From Bdellovibrionales bacterium (lineage in GTDB: Bacteria > Bdellovibrionota > Bdellovibrionia > Bdellovibrionales > JAGQZY01), in contig CAXRHT010000003.1 in NCBI GenBank assembly GCA_964230645.1, positions 544,001-608,000 on the forward strand: a stretch of 64,000 nucleotides of DNA, read 5' to 3'. The notes beneath the pieces are model-generated. The model saw nothing but the letters and a program-made list of their open reading frames with translations, had not been told where the DNA came from and made no database searches. The position numbers and the translations under genes were made by a program. Positions 29,601-37,978 of the stretch are shown piece after piece. Numbering within the stretch: position 1 is the stretch's first letter; each line of letters opens with the position of its first letter.

Positions 29601-32600
29601 GTAGTTTTTCCAATGACTATACCAACGCGGCCACGGTCGATCTGGATATTACCTTATCCGGTGACACAACCGAATGGTGTTTGATTGAACAGCCTCTTGT
29701 TAATCCGGCCCCTTCTGTCCCAGATTTTGATAGTGGATGTTGGTCAGCAAAACCTGGAGTTTTTCCGACTCCTATTACCTTGGCTAGTACGGGAACTCGC
29801 TCTATTTATGTCTTCGCAAAAGACATCGCAGAAAATGTTTCCAATACTTATGCGACAGCAAGTATTACATACGACAACACAGCACCAATCTTTCCTGCTG
29901 GTGATGACATCATCGGAGTTCGCGGTGGAACCGATACAGTAGCTGATGAATGGTTGGGTACGACATTGGCTCCAACGGTTGAGTGGCAAGCAGCCACTGA
30001 CGAGACATTAGACCACTATATTTTAACGATTAAACAAGGCGGTACACCTGTCTGTGGTGGGCCAACAACGGTCACAGGAACGTCCCATACTTTTGGGTCT
30101 TGTCTTGTTGATGGTCAAACTTATACCATAGAGCTTGAGGCATTTGACTCGGCCGAACAATCAACCGTGGCTGATAATAATGGCTTTAGTTTTACTGTCG
30201 ATACTGTGCGGCCGTCTACTTTTACAGTGACGGGTCTTTCTGGTGGAAGTGATTCCACTCCCGATGCCTTTTTGACCAATGCTCTGACAGCTCCGAGGCT
30301 CGACTGGGTCGATGCCACAGGTGAAACAGGTTATAACGTCTTTATCGTAAACGATGCAGAGACGGTGACGGAGTGTGGAGTGGATCAAGCCGCAGCGGAT
30401 GCCACTTCTTACCAGTCTTTTTCTGGTTGTAACCTCGCTGACAACACAGACTATAAATTAAGAATTGTTGCTTTTGATCAGGCTGGTAATGAGCGTGAAG
30501 CTACTAACTCACCCTTTTCTTTTAGAACGAGTGAAGGCGTTGATCACTTCGATATAGATCTTCTACCCGCCTCAAACCCAACGGCTGGAGCCAATTTCAG
30601 TGTTCAAATAACAGCCCGTCGGGCCAATAATGAGGTCGTAACAAGTTATACAGGTGTTAAAAACATCAATTGGACCACCAATGCCGGCAACGGAACGGAT
30701 GTCTGCGATACTGCCTCAAATATGAATCCTGAGTTTCCAAGTGCGACACAGAATTTCTCAAGTGGGGTGGTGAGCAATGCGGGGAATATTAAATTAAAAC
30801 GGGCTCAAACCGGTCGAACCATCACAGTTACGGAGCAGGACACAGGCTACAATGCTTCAGGAACGACAGCCACTTTTGATGTCATAGCGGCTTCGGCCAA
30901 TTGCATCCGTCTAGAAGATCAAGCCGGCGGGGCAGGTTCACCCCTATCCACGCAGGCTGTAGGAATTGACACTGTAGTGACTATTCACGCGGCTTCCTAC
31001 GATATCTACGGAAACTATTTAAGCGATGAAAGTGTGGCTTGGTCTGGAACGGATGCCATAGAAAATAGACCTTATCCGGCCACTGGCTCCTCCACGACTG
31101 TTGTCACTACAAAAGAGGGTACAGGGCAGCTTATTGCAACGGGGACTTCTACGGAATCTCTTAATTTTAATGTGAGTTCAGGTAACTCGGTCCTTAGCTC
31201 AGCGACTACCGATATCGATTCAAATAGTCATCTAGCCAATAACAGTGTGAATGCTGTTTATCAGTGGGACATCTCTTCTGACAATTCTTCGGCTTGGATC
31301 ACTAGCGGAACTCAGAGTTGGTATTCCGAGGGACTTAGTGCCAATCGCGGAGATCGAGATGATTTTCCAGAACAGGTTCTTCTGGTAGCCCATAATTCTG
31401 GTTTGGATATCATCGATCAATTCACTAATAATCTTTATATGCGCTTTCAGTCCGGATCGGATTACGCCATTGATAGTGATCTTGGAAATCCCGTGGACGT
31501 GAGTGCACTGAACGGAAAGATTTTTGTCAGCATGGATGACGGCTCCTCCACAGGTGGCTTAATTATTATCGATCTTGAGAATGATCAAGTTTATCAAACC
31601 AATGCCATCGCTAGAGAAGTCTCTGGTAACAATATTGCTAGTCGTAACTCTGCGGGTGTTTGGTCAACGGACACCACATACCCGTTACTAGGAAGCTCAC
31701 GCATGAACAAAATCTCTTCGAAAAGAGTTTCTGGGCAAGATTATTTAGCGATCGGACACAACGACCGGGTGGAAGTCTTAGATCTAACAAGTCCCACAGG
31801 TTTATTCACAGACACCACAGCTAATAACGTGTTCGCCGTGGCTCTTACTTCAGGAGGCGATCTCTATTATGGCGAAGACTCTGTTGGTCTTCACCGTGCG
31901 ACTCTGCCTTTAGCGGCCAGTTTCGCACCCGCCAGGACTTATAATACGGCTTCGAATGCCGAGTTGGCCTCAACCATTATTCAAGATATTTCAGTGGCCG
32001 AGGGAACCTCTTCGGCTGATGCTGGCGCTAACACAGTGCTTGTAGCGAGTAATATGGGGGTCACCAGTATCCAAGAGCACGGAACAGCAAGTTCCTCGAC
32101 CAGTAAAAATTACGCCTCTCTAGGTAGTGGAGCGAACGCTTTCGCTGGTGCCCTCAGACTCTCCGGGTCCAATGGATATGTTTCCCTCAATGATGGTGGT
32201 GGTTTAACAGACACCATCAGTGTGGAGATGTGGTTCCGTCCTCAAGGAAACCCTGCCGGTCAGGTTCTTTTTGAAAAAGGTTCGGGTGTTGATGGAGCGA
32301 TTTCATTGGAGTTTGATGGTAGTGGTTACCTGACTTTTACTGTTCAGCACAACTCAATGAACTATAGTGTTTCTTCATCGACAAACACTTGGGCCACAGG
32401 CGAGTGGAAACATGTGGCAGCCGTTCTAGATCCCTCCGGAATAGCTCTCTGGATTGATGGGGCCGATCAGGACGTGAATACCTCCATGAATTTTGCCTCA
32501 CCTGTCTTTAGCCTAAGTTCTGCCACAGCCACGGTGGGTGCCGCGGCAGCGAGTGGCTATTTTAATGGGTTCATCGATGAATTAAGAGTCTCAAGTAATG

Positions 32601-33022
32601 TTAGGTACTCTACAGCGAGTTTTACTGTTCCGAATAGTGCTTTCTTTAACGACGGATCCACAGAACATCTCCTTCATTTCAATGAAGCCTCAGGCACTAC
32701 AGCTAACTACAGTGACTCAGGCGCGCAGGTAAACGGCTCCATAAGCGGTGATGCCTTTTTTACGACACCTCTTTATGCCGGATCATCCGATCAAATATTC
32801 AATATTGATAGCGTTGTCGGTGGGGGACGGGTGAACCTGCAATTGGTTACACCTTCAGGCTGGATGGACTTAATGGATTTACAATCGACAAGTCCTTATG
32901 AGCAGTCTGCAGACACTGGAGTTTCACCATTGGATGTTAAGATCTATCAAGTAGACTCTGCCACCAATAATGATAGCATCCTTGGTCTCGATGGTGCCGG
33001 GGTTCAGTTAAGAAGAAGATAA
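23663..33022 (+). CDS. Giant (~3120 aa) surface lipoprotein/adhesin: Ig-like (invasin/Big-like) repeats, FN3-like domains, C-terminal propeller-like region with LamG insert
   Basis: LSAC lipobox; VSGNNQ.G..V.V.DSSG.PV.G.V.F Big-1-like start; many D..GN motifs; five ~120-aa repeats; LamG motifs (VEMWFRP, WKHVA, F.G.IDELRVS). Confidence 0.85.
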   Translation: MAIIRYVTSIIFITSISRQKAFLTGLLGLLAILLSACLGSGGTEQVTNNSFGLGISIVSGNNQIGAPDELFEDPALVQVTDSSGAPVEGIKVTFQQVSGASVFITNSEVTSNGNGLAQTSVRSPREFDQTGVVRACVANSSACVDFEFGSDNTSENIKFMLVTENGGTETAGEAFTVEVRTVDANSEALIEYNGTLNLEWTFITQPSWAGVEPSLVPNFSTCTFVDGICDPGQTVTLTDARVPTRVFLGDGDGGFIDIFGQVIQVELGEPAQVFVTDALGGPDADAETVGDTVFTADDPDFTFYAAVTDSVGNYIEDAPNATWSSSHPTQITSNLSTLMGMSTILDFNQSIPFPSFGYLYADVSGYPQGSSGQISIDPGEPANVEVVPVDTNMTRTGGVPFAFNLEVRDANDNIVGQQFGSTGYTGTFPVTFTFSDYQSGPAVSGGAIPMIHNSGQLERTEVSKVLQIPFFAGRSQFLPERITFFDATAVNPRISLNVDASSDPELSNVSGSTVFNMVVGPPDHLMLRDGLGASANTMCEADYTTSPFFWRRLEYILDPDYRASYKEYCNGISVNAGSGNVQIYASIEDAGGNFIDNLDVTWVTTDMVNPNSRFNGQISGSNPSNLQTLAPQNATGGNPNHEWIRVQGTYNSVNYDQYFRGAILPGVLSQYQLKILRRDYQDPNEAVATGPRTLVVIPKDAQGNGLTQPFNRNLTVSISSSFNSSPDGTPPSFITPGLHPNIPFQQIIPVDDRDNVGDSTVVARFENLITPNAGDAVTVTVTDALDPSISDSINWQVIPGEIDSVEIWKDAAPPTGTNVTNVDFTMTADESTNFFAVAKDARGNNRNIESSWVTWNDSAQPFAPADSVSGILTGTLQTPFSVERPGSGKIFLRAAANNEGSGAAETGVITLEAGEPSYVQVEIPSPNVVAGVPQDVVVSIRDAKGNIVTDVNGPTNLAITILNNSLTRLNYIHNAPASGDYNFVNGEYTFSGAEAFTFFNSIETPRIQVSTTVGTPIVGQSTDIAVAADSFDHLALLSANTQVSAGEVNRYTIRVEDQYGNKLVSGLDAVKNVTFNITSSLGDEDIVDSNLVNPSLADYLPGNQKILNGDLTLGEAYVDLMTTKSGTLTVSGSTTGIVGTNTEEPLVVLPLTTISSIRYKPGEEPTTPSTTINQLLPFSVELLDAFDNVITTNNSDVVELNLIGASQSFENYTPQTAVNGEAVFSGLRYRRADSFTIQAVLQSNNSLTDDAPMVVELGSVTRTIAILPDQTFTEGTGSLATAITGTPFSGTGQVTAGDEFDVEVRAMDSSFNTVSTYTGSVSLESTDPYLEVTPASQNFVAGEATFTVKVRQQGTDHNIYATTGFTNHASTNYDVNFDTATQLVTILPNQTLLEGAPDLATAVDQIVPTQVAGVSFDAEIVAVDAYFNHVTDYSHSNIAVNMDSDAAVPTPSPQSMSGGSVTFSVQNYLATSGLTITPSTGAAPILTGQTSESYEVNPNTATQYIAVLPGQTHSPGQAPGDYASAVLGTPTDQDTDSGFSVNLFAVDNYFNTRGDHASAVSIATPDDPNDVEPAASNFAAGAVTFTINPVRAQDNQDLTITSGLAANTPATYNVKPGAPSQLIAVFTDYQTLDEGSLTLAGAVADQSVQDRESGESVSVRVYATDNKFNVVDDDSTSVSITPSIPNHAVTPTNQSLTNGQADFAVETFLVGTGYDMLPSGGSYSQNRTTDYNVTLGSGKRLLLVLPNQTFSPGQATAADAASGTPFRQTQGSDFPFIARVYSTDDYFNHRSADTDTVTITPSLASTISGGASQAMVGGQADFTLYHTANSNAQNIQATASGFTSGTSKNYDVLANLVNPTLALSDPTTSDTSYIRQNSVATSIGSDGTTSRWCVSETQSTRPSSGTNDRGTCNGGAGSDDGWFTSRPSTVPTTSSQGSKTLYVWTSDEAFNVSVGNVSDAITLDSVKPNDPTNLTLQDQSSFSNDYTNAATVDLDITLSGDTTEWCLIEQPLVNPAPSVPDFDSGCWSAKPGVFPTPITLASTGTRSIYVFAKDIAENVSNTYATASITYDNTAPIFPAGDDIIGVRGGTDTVADEWLGTTLAPTVEWQAATDETLDHYILTIKQGGTPVCGGPTTVTGTSHTFGSCLVDGQTYTIELEAFDSAEQSTVADNNGFSFTVDTVRPSTFTVTGLSGGSDSTPDAFLTNALTAPRLDWVDATGETGYNVFIVNDAETVTECGVDQAAADATSYQSFSGCNLADNTDYKLRIVAFDQAGNEREATNSPFSFRTSEGVDHFDIDLLPASNPTAGANFSVQITARRANNEVVTSYTGVKNINWTTNAGNGTDVCDTASNMNPEFPSATQNFSSGVVSNAGNIKLKRAQTGRTITVTEQDTGYNASGTTATFDVIAASANCIRLEDQAGGAGSPLSTQAVGIDTVVTIHAASYDIYGNYLSDESVAWSGTDAIENRPYPATGSSTTVVTTKEGTGQLIATGTSTESLNFNVSSGNSVLSSATTDIDSNSHLANNSVNAVYQWDISSDNSSAWITSGTQSWYSEGLSANRGDRDDFPEQVLLVAHNSGLDIIDQFTNNLYMRFQSGSDYAIDSDLGNPVDVSALNGKIFVSMDDGSSTGGLIIIDLENDQVYQTNAIAREVSGNNIASRNSAGVWSTDTTYPLLGSSRMNKISSKRVSGQDYLAIGHNDRVEVLDLTSPTGLFTDTTANNVFAVALTSGGDLYYGEDSVGLHRATLPLAASFAPARTYNTASNAELASTIIQDISVAEGTSSADAGANTVLVASNMGVTSIQEHGTASSSTSKNYASLGSGANAFAGALRLSGSNGYVSLNDGGGLTDTISVEMWFRPQGNPAGQVLFEKGSGVDGAISLEFDGSGYLTFTVQHNSMNYSVSSSTNTWATGEWKHVAAVLDPSGIALWIDGADQDVNTSMNFASPVFSLSSATATVGAAAASGYFNGFIDELRVSSNVRYSTASFTVPNSAFFNDGSTEHLLHFNEASGTTANYSDSGAQVNGSISGDAFFTTPLYAGSSDQIFNIDSVVGGGRVNLQLVTPSGWMDLMDLQSTSPYEQSADTGVSPLDVKIYQVDSATNNDSILGLDGAGVQLRRR

Positions 33023-33030
33023 CAAGTAGA

Positions 33031-33744
33031 TTATTTATCTGTCTTTTTTTCCTCAGTCACTTTTTTGCTATCAATATATCCTGGAGCGACAATTTTGATA
33101 ACGACCCGTCGGTTTCTGGCTCTATTTTCTGGGAGAGGAACTCCATTTTCGTCCACGTTAGGCACGAGAGGTTTCGAGTCAGCAAATCCCACAGCATTAA
33201 TACGCGTGGGATCAAATCCGTATTTAATAAACTCTCTAACCACTCGAGAAGCTCTTACCGAAGAGAGCTCCCAGTTACTAGGAAAGCGCGCGGTGTTGAT
33301 GGGCACATCGTCAGTATGTCCTTCAATCACAATTTCGTCGTCATTGATATTGGCGCCAATAATCTCAGCAATAATTTTTAAAGCATTTTGCACTTGCTCT
33401 GTGAGGTCGGCACTGCCGGTTTCAAAAAGCAAACCGCTTTGGAAAGTGACTTCAAGTCCATTGCGAAGGGGTTGGATCGCCACATCTTGTAACAAGGGTG
33501 TTCGACTCTTTGCTGATTGAATTTCATTGGTAAGCTTTTTAAATGGAGCCACGTAGGAGCCTCCAAAAGACCGGGCGACACCTTCTTTGACCTTTTCTAC
33601 ATCTTCAGGAGTTCGGGACATGGCAAACGAATACATGAGCACAAAAAGCCCAAAAAGAAGAGTCATGAGATCGGCGTAGGAGATTAGCCAAATCTCTTCG
33701 GACTCCTCCGCCTCATGTTCGACTTGGAGTTCTTCTAAACCCAT
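33031..33744 (-). CDS. motB: Stator protein MotB (TM with conserved Asp + OmpA-like PG-binding domain)
   Basis: WLISYADLMTLL; IEGHTD..SNWELS..RA; NRRV. Confidence 0.95.
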   Translation of the reverse strand: MGLEELQVEHEAEESEEIWLISYADLMTLLFGLFVLMYSFAMSRTPEDVEKVKEGVARSFGGSYVAPFKKLTNEIQSAKSRTPLLQDVAIQPLRNGLEVTFQSGLLFETGSADLTEQVQNALKIIAEIIGANINDDEIVIEGHTDDVPINTARFPSNWELSSVRASRVVREFIKYGFDPTRINAVGFADSKPLVPNVDENGVPLPENRARNRRVVIKIVAPGYIDSKKVTEEKKTDK

Positions 33745-34544
33745 TAGGCAGCCCCTTTGAAATCAACCTTTTTCCAGTCCACTCGCTCATTGGGGAGTAA
33801 GTAGGAGTTGAGTTCTTCGGCCAGAAGGATCTTATTCTTCTTCTGAGAAATAAGCATGATACCTTCAACAATAATTTTATTTTTGGTTTGGATTTCTTTA
33901 GCACTGTCCATCAGGTTTTCCGCAATAGGCAAGATGAAAAGATTGGCAAAAGCAATCCCGTAAAGAGTGGCCACCATCGCAACGGCCATAGCCGGTCCGA
34001 CTTCTTGCTCGGCACCCGGTTGTCCAAGAGTTTGCAGCAACGCAATCATACCAAGAACAGCTCCCATAAGGCCCATGGCCGGTGGGAACTTTCCTAGAGA
34101 CTTAAATTTCTTGGCATCCTCGTTGTAGCGAAAATGAATGGTTTGAACACGCAAAGTTAAAATATGTCTTAATTCTTCTTGGTTGAGGTAGTTATCCTCC
34201 AGAAGTTCCATGGCTTCATGGATAAAGTGGTCATCGATATTGTCCATAACCGCCTTAAGTGGGGCTTTACCTTTTTTATAAGCTTCTGCAATATCCATTA
34301 AATCTTTAATAATGGGGACAAACTCGATTTTTTTATTAAAGAAAACTCGGTACATGAAAACTTTGAGCATCATAAAAATACGATCCAATTGGAAAGAAAT
34401 GGCTGCTACAGCCATGGTTCCTCCGAAAACGATCAGTGCCGCATGCCCGTCGATGAAGGCACTGGTATTATCTGTTGAAGTAAAAACTCCAAAGATAAAA
34501 ACCAAGGCGGCAAGTGAGAATGCAAGTAACGAGTAAATATTCAT
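33744..34544 (-). CDS. motA: Stator protein MotA (divergent cytoplasmic motif)
   Basis: LIVFGGT, PAMGLMGAVLGMI, AMVATLYG..AN..P; coupled to motB. Confidence 0.93.
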   Translation of the reverse strand: MNIYSLLAFSLAALVFIFGVFTSTDNTSAFIDGHAALIVFGGTMAVAAISFQLDRIFMMLKVFMYRVFFNKKIEFVPIIKDLMDIAEAYKKGKAPLKAVMDNIDDHFIHEAMELLEDNYLNQEELRHILTLRVQTIHFRYNEDAKKFKSLGKFPPAMGLMGAVLGMIALLQTLGQPGAEQEVGPAMAVAMVATLYGIAFANLFILPIAENLMDSAKEIQTKNKIIVEGIMLISQKKNKILLAEELNSYLLPNERVDWKKVDFKGAA

Positions 34545-34553
34545 TAATAATCC

Positions 34554-35144
34554 TTAAAAATATCCTACAACACCAATCATCCCTCTGATGATTGTACTAT
34601 CCACAGAAACTGAGGAAACGGAATAGCCTTTTGCTCCCATGAGGTTAAGACTGACTCCAAAGCTATTCGAAAATTGATAAATGGCGCCACCACCCAGCCC
34701 TAGCTCAACAATGGTACTTTGAACGGAAAGAGACTGGGTCAAGGAGCGCACTTGTACTTGCGCGAGTCCCAAGCCATATTCCAAAAAATATCGAAGTTTG
34801 GGACGTTGGGAAAAATAAACACCGTCGCCCGAACTCTCCGAGGGGCGTCCTCGGCTAAAAAGATAAAATCGTTGTCCAATTCCCATGTAAATGTATTTAA
34901 ACTGCCCACTCGATTGATCCAGTGAAACTGTGGCCCTTGCAAGCAGAGAGCTTTTTGTTCCCACAAAGTACTCTCCTTCAAGTTCTAGAGAAGAAGCAAT
35001 GGAAAAAGAGCCCTCTTCGGCCCCAGAAAAACTACCCTGCACTAAGCCAGAGCGTAAATGTCCCTGAACATCAGAGACAGCCGCATGGCTAACCGAGGAA
35101 AGAAAAATAGATGAGATAAAAACTAGAGCAAATTTAAGAGGCAT
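34554..35144 (-). CDS. Small outer-membrane beta-barrel protein
   Basis: Signal peptide (..VSHA), alternating amphipathic strands, C-terminal aromatic VVGYF; start ATG 35144 with RBS GGGAG. Confidence 0.75.
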   Translation of the reverse strand: MPLKFALVFISSIFLSSVSHAAVSDVQGHLRSGLVQGSFSGAEEGSFSIASSLELEGEYFVGTKSSLLARATVSLDQSSGQFKYIYMGIGQRFYLFSRGRPSESSGDGVYFSQRPKLRYFLEYGLGLAQVQVRSLTQSLSVQSTIVELGLGGGAIYQFSNSFGVSLNLMGAKGYSVSSVSVDSTIIRGMIGVVGYF

Positions 35145-37143
35145 TTTGTGCTCCCGCTTGTCGACTGACTTGTCTTTTAGCCCACTGATTAAGTATGGGG
35201 TGCACTTCATTTTGTAAAGCGTGATCTTCTCTTATACGTCTTCGAATGGAATCAATAAAACTTTGCCATGTCTTAGGGAAGTTTTGATACACCAAGTTTT
35301 TACGGTCTTCATTGGTTTCGATTTCGTCCATCTCAACCTCGATGATTTCGCGCAACTTCTTGTTACCAACACTTTCTAGTAGAAACTCTCTATTTTCTTG
35401 AGCTGCAAAAATTAACTCAGCCTGTTTTGCAAGACCTAGGGGTTGCAATGCTTTCTGAGCAATATGAACGGGAAGCTCTTCAATTAAAGCAGACGGGTAG
35501 AACTGTTCAGCAATTCTAATTAGAGCTTCATCATTACCTTTTTCGGCCACACTTTCAAACAGGGCCTCTTCTTTTTGGTAGCCTAGATCGCGAATCATCT
35601 CGGGAACTTTTTCTATAAAATTAGAAGATTGTGATTTCGTTTGTTTTCTATGTTCTAAAATGAGCTTTTCTAGTTTTAGGGCCGTGTACTTAAGTTTTTC
35701 ATCATCCATTTGGCTACTCAACTGAGCAATTTTGCGAATGGTATTATTGTCAATAAGACTTAAAATACGTGTGTACTGTAAAGTTGGCATCACTGAGGCT
35801 AATAGAGCGCCTGTGGCTGGTTCTTTTTGAATGCAATGCACACCTTCTTGGGGACTCATGCTGGCAATCAATTGCTTGGTTTTTTCTTCGATCTCAAGTT
35901 CCGGTTCAATAAGACTGCTCGAAAGTTTATGTTTAATTAATTGATCTAATTGAGCCAGAGGAAAAGCTTTTGTTTGTAAGCTGTTGACACGATTCCACTG
36001 TTTTCGATCGTCGGAGCTCAACAGATCAATAATTTTTTGAAGATCAGAGAGATCAATTTGATGGGGGAGTTCCACAATCAATGCTTTGGTTGCTTCATCA
36101 TCACTGTAAAGCCACTGTTTGATCAGGTAAGTGCTTCTCTCAGGCTTTTCATTTAGAAGGTGTTGGAACTGTTTAAATCCACTGATCGCGTCAGGATTGA
36201 GTTGATTTCTGTCTTCGGTAAATTCAGGACTTTCACTGGAACTCTCCTCAGTGAAGGTGTTTTCAGCCGTGGCTTGTTGAGACAGAGCCAGATTTTCGGC
36301 AGAACTTATGCGTTTTTCTTGGATCTTTATATAGCGTTTACTAATGATAAGTCCCATTAAGAACAAAATGATTGAAGAAAACAGCAAAGCAAGAGAATCC
36401 TTGAGTTCAGAGACCCACTCGAAGGTTCCCTTGGTTTCAACACTGGCAATATTTCTTTTTGAAGCGATATCAGTCTTTATTTTTTCAACTTGAGCATTGA
36501 GCTGACTCATTAGCTCTTTTTTCATATTTTCTTTGGTCGTAGCAGTCGTACCCATATTGAAGGCTTGAACACTAAGCTGGGCTTGAACGGGTAGGTGACC
36601 ATTAGTGATCTGTTGAATCACTCGCTCAGCGACGGCCTGGCGATCGGGCTCCACTCGGTTTTCATCGAGGAGAAGATCAATTTTGATTCGACCAATGAGT
36701 TCTGCAAAATTTCTAAGTCTTTTGAAAACACGTTTTTTAGGCTTGTTGATTTCCTCTTCTTGAGTGTTTTCCACTTCTTGTTTTGGAGCCGACCACACAC
36801 CCAGTTTGGAAAGAGGAATAAGTCCTTCTTCCCCATTGAATTCCGTTTGAATTTGGAGTCTCTCTTGTGGTTTTACAACAGTTTTCTCCGCTTTCTTAGT
36901 TGCTTCAACGGCGATTTCCTCTGGGGGAAGATTTTTAAGAAAGACAGACACATTTAAGACGTAGGAGTTTTCCTCGAGGATACTCCCTAAGGCACTTTTA
37001 ATTTTATGTTGGAGATTATTTTCATAATCCTGCCTTTGGGCTTCGAGTCCAGGCTGGTCAACAGAGATCACCTGCCGCTCAGGTGTCTGGGCCGATGCAG
37101 TAGGGAAGGTAAGAAGAAAAGACATTATCAAGGTCAACATCAT
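35134..37143 (-). CDS. FliF(RBM3-TM-C tail)-FliG natural fusion protein
   Basis: Signal peptide; split ring-building-motif pattern; one TM; P..YLIKQWL FliF tail; FliG N/M/C-like helices (see findings). Confidence 0.75.
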   Translation of the reverse strand: MMLTLIMSFLLTFPTASAQTPERQVISVDQPGLEAQRQDYENNLQHKIKSALGSILEENSYVLNVSVFLKNLPPEEIAVEATKKAEKTVVKPQERLQIQTEFNGEEGLIPLSKLGVWSAPKQEVENTQEEEINKPKKRVFKRLRNFAELIGRIKIDLLLDENRVEPDRQAVAERVIQQITNGHLPVQAQLSVQAFNMGTTATTKENMKKELMSQLNAQVEKIKTDIASKRNIASVETKGTFEWVSELKDSLALLFSSIILFLMGLIISKRYIKIQEKRISSAENLALSQQATAENTFTEESSSESPEFTEDRNQLNPDAISGFKQFQHLLNEKPERSTYLIKQWLYSDDEATKALIVELPHQIDLSDLQKIIDLLSSDDRKQWNRVNSLQTKAFPLAQLDQLIKHKLSSSLIEPELEIEEKTKQLIASMSPQEGVHCIQKEPATGALLASVMPTLQYTRILSLIDNNTIRKIAQLSSQMDDEKLKYTALKLEKLILEHRKQTKSQSSNFIEKVPEMIRDLGYQKEEALFESVAEKGNDEALIRIAEQFYPSALIEELPVHIAQKALQPLGLAKQAELIFAAQENREFLLESVGNKKLREIIEVEMDEIETNEDRKNLVYQNFPKTWQSFIDSIRRRIREDHALQNEVHPILNQWAKRQVSRQAGAQNAS

Positions 37144-37826
37144 TGGAAATTCTCCGCGGGTTGACGGCTGGTAAGTCCGAGCTTTTTTTCAAGGAAATTC
37201 TTTATATTCAATACTTCTACATTTTTAGGATTGGACCTTGCTGCTTTTCTAAAAGCATCCAAAGCTTTCTCATAATCCTTTTTCATAAAGGCGATACCAC
37301 CTCTAATTTCGTGAATTCCAGCAACTTCAGGAAAGCGTGCTTCGAGTTCATCCAATTTTCGAAGGGAATCATCTGTTCTGCCGACCTGAGCCAATCTTTG
37401 AGCCTCAAAGAGTTGGTCGATTAGGTAGTTTGTCTCTAGATTTCTTTTTTCATTGAGTTCTGCCAGAATACGACGTTGGGTTTCTGCCATATTGGGGTCC
37501 GTACCATTCACAAAACTTTCCACACTGGGAAGGTCAATTTCAAGTTTGATGTCAGATTGTGAATTGATGTCAGTGACCACCACTGATTTTGAGAGAAACC
37601 CATTTTTCTTTACATCGATAATGACAGTGTCAGCTCCTCCCGCCAGGTCACTGATGGTGGAAACATCCTGATTAATAGGAGTTTTGCCAATACTTTCAGC
37701 CTTTTTCGAACCTGAGGCCCTCACGAAAACTTCACTCTCACCTGGAGTGCTTGATACGTTCAGACGTCCAGTAGAGCAGGCAGCAAGGGAGAGAATAATT
37801 AATGTTTGAAAGAAAAACTGTTTCAT
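37140..37826 (-). CDS. PEGA-like + TPR lipoprotein
   Basis: LAAC lipobox; VSSTPGESEVFV..IGKTP..KNGF PEGA-like region; C-terminal TPRs. Confidence 0.8.
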   Translation of the reverse strand: MKQFFFQTLIILSLAACSTGRLNVSSTPGESEVFVRASGSKKAESIGKTPINQDVSTISDLAGGADTVIIDVKKNGFLSKSVVVTDINSQSDIKLEIDLPSVESFVNGTDPNMAETQRRILAELNEKRNLETNYLIDQLFEAQRLAQVGRTDDSLRKLDELEARFPEVAGIHEIRGGIAFMKKDYEKALDAFRKAARSNPKNVEVLNIKNFLEKKLGLTSRQPAENFQ

Positions 37827-37834
37827 CAATAGAC

Positions 37835-37862
37835 ATAACGGTGCCTTTTTTACGAAACTTTA
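37835..37862 (-). promoter_or_regulatory. sigma28-like promoter of the motor operon
   Basis: TAAAGTTT-N12-ACCGTTAT, 8 nt before ATG 37826; no SD. Confidence 0.5.
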
Positions 37863-37978
37863 TCAAAGTGGAACAAATCGCGACTTAAGTGCCGACTTAA
37901 AGTTATACACCGGACTAAAAAACAGTTTCCGGCTCTGATAGCAGGTCTTTAGAGGGAGGAAGGTATATATTAATAGAG

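Noticed and set aside
33031..34544. Zorya (ZorAB) or ExbBD/TolQR/AglRQS assignment for the stator pair
   Set aside because: MotA has no long ZorA tail, no zorC/D/E are present, and the B subunit has the MotB WxxxYAD TM plus OmpA domain rather than an ExbD/TolR domain.
33031..37829. Decayed flagellar operon (pseudogenes)
   Set aside because: All five ORFs are intact and tightly coupled, and the fusion has its own signal peptide; decay is not evident, though it cannot be excluded without dN/dS.
37881..37900. CGACTTAA direct repeat / GCCGACTT as a sigma28 -10 for the FecR gene
   Set aside because: No matching -35 at the right spacing, and only two short copies.
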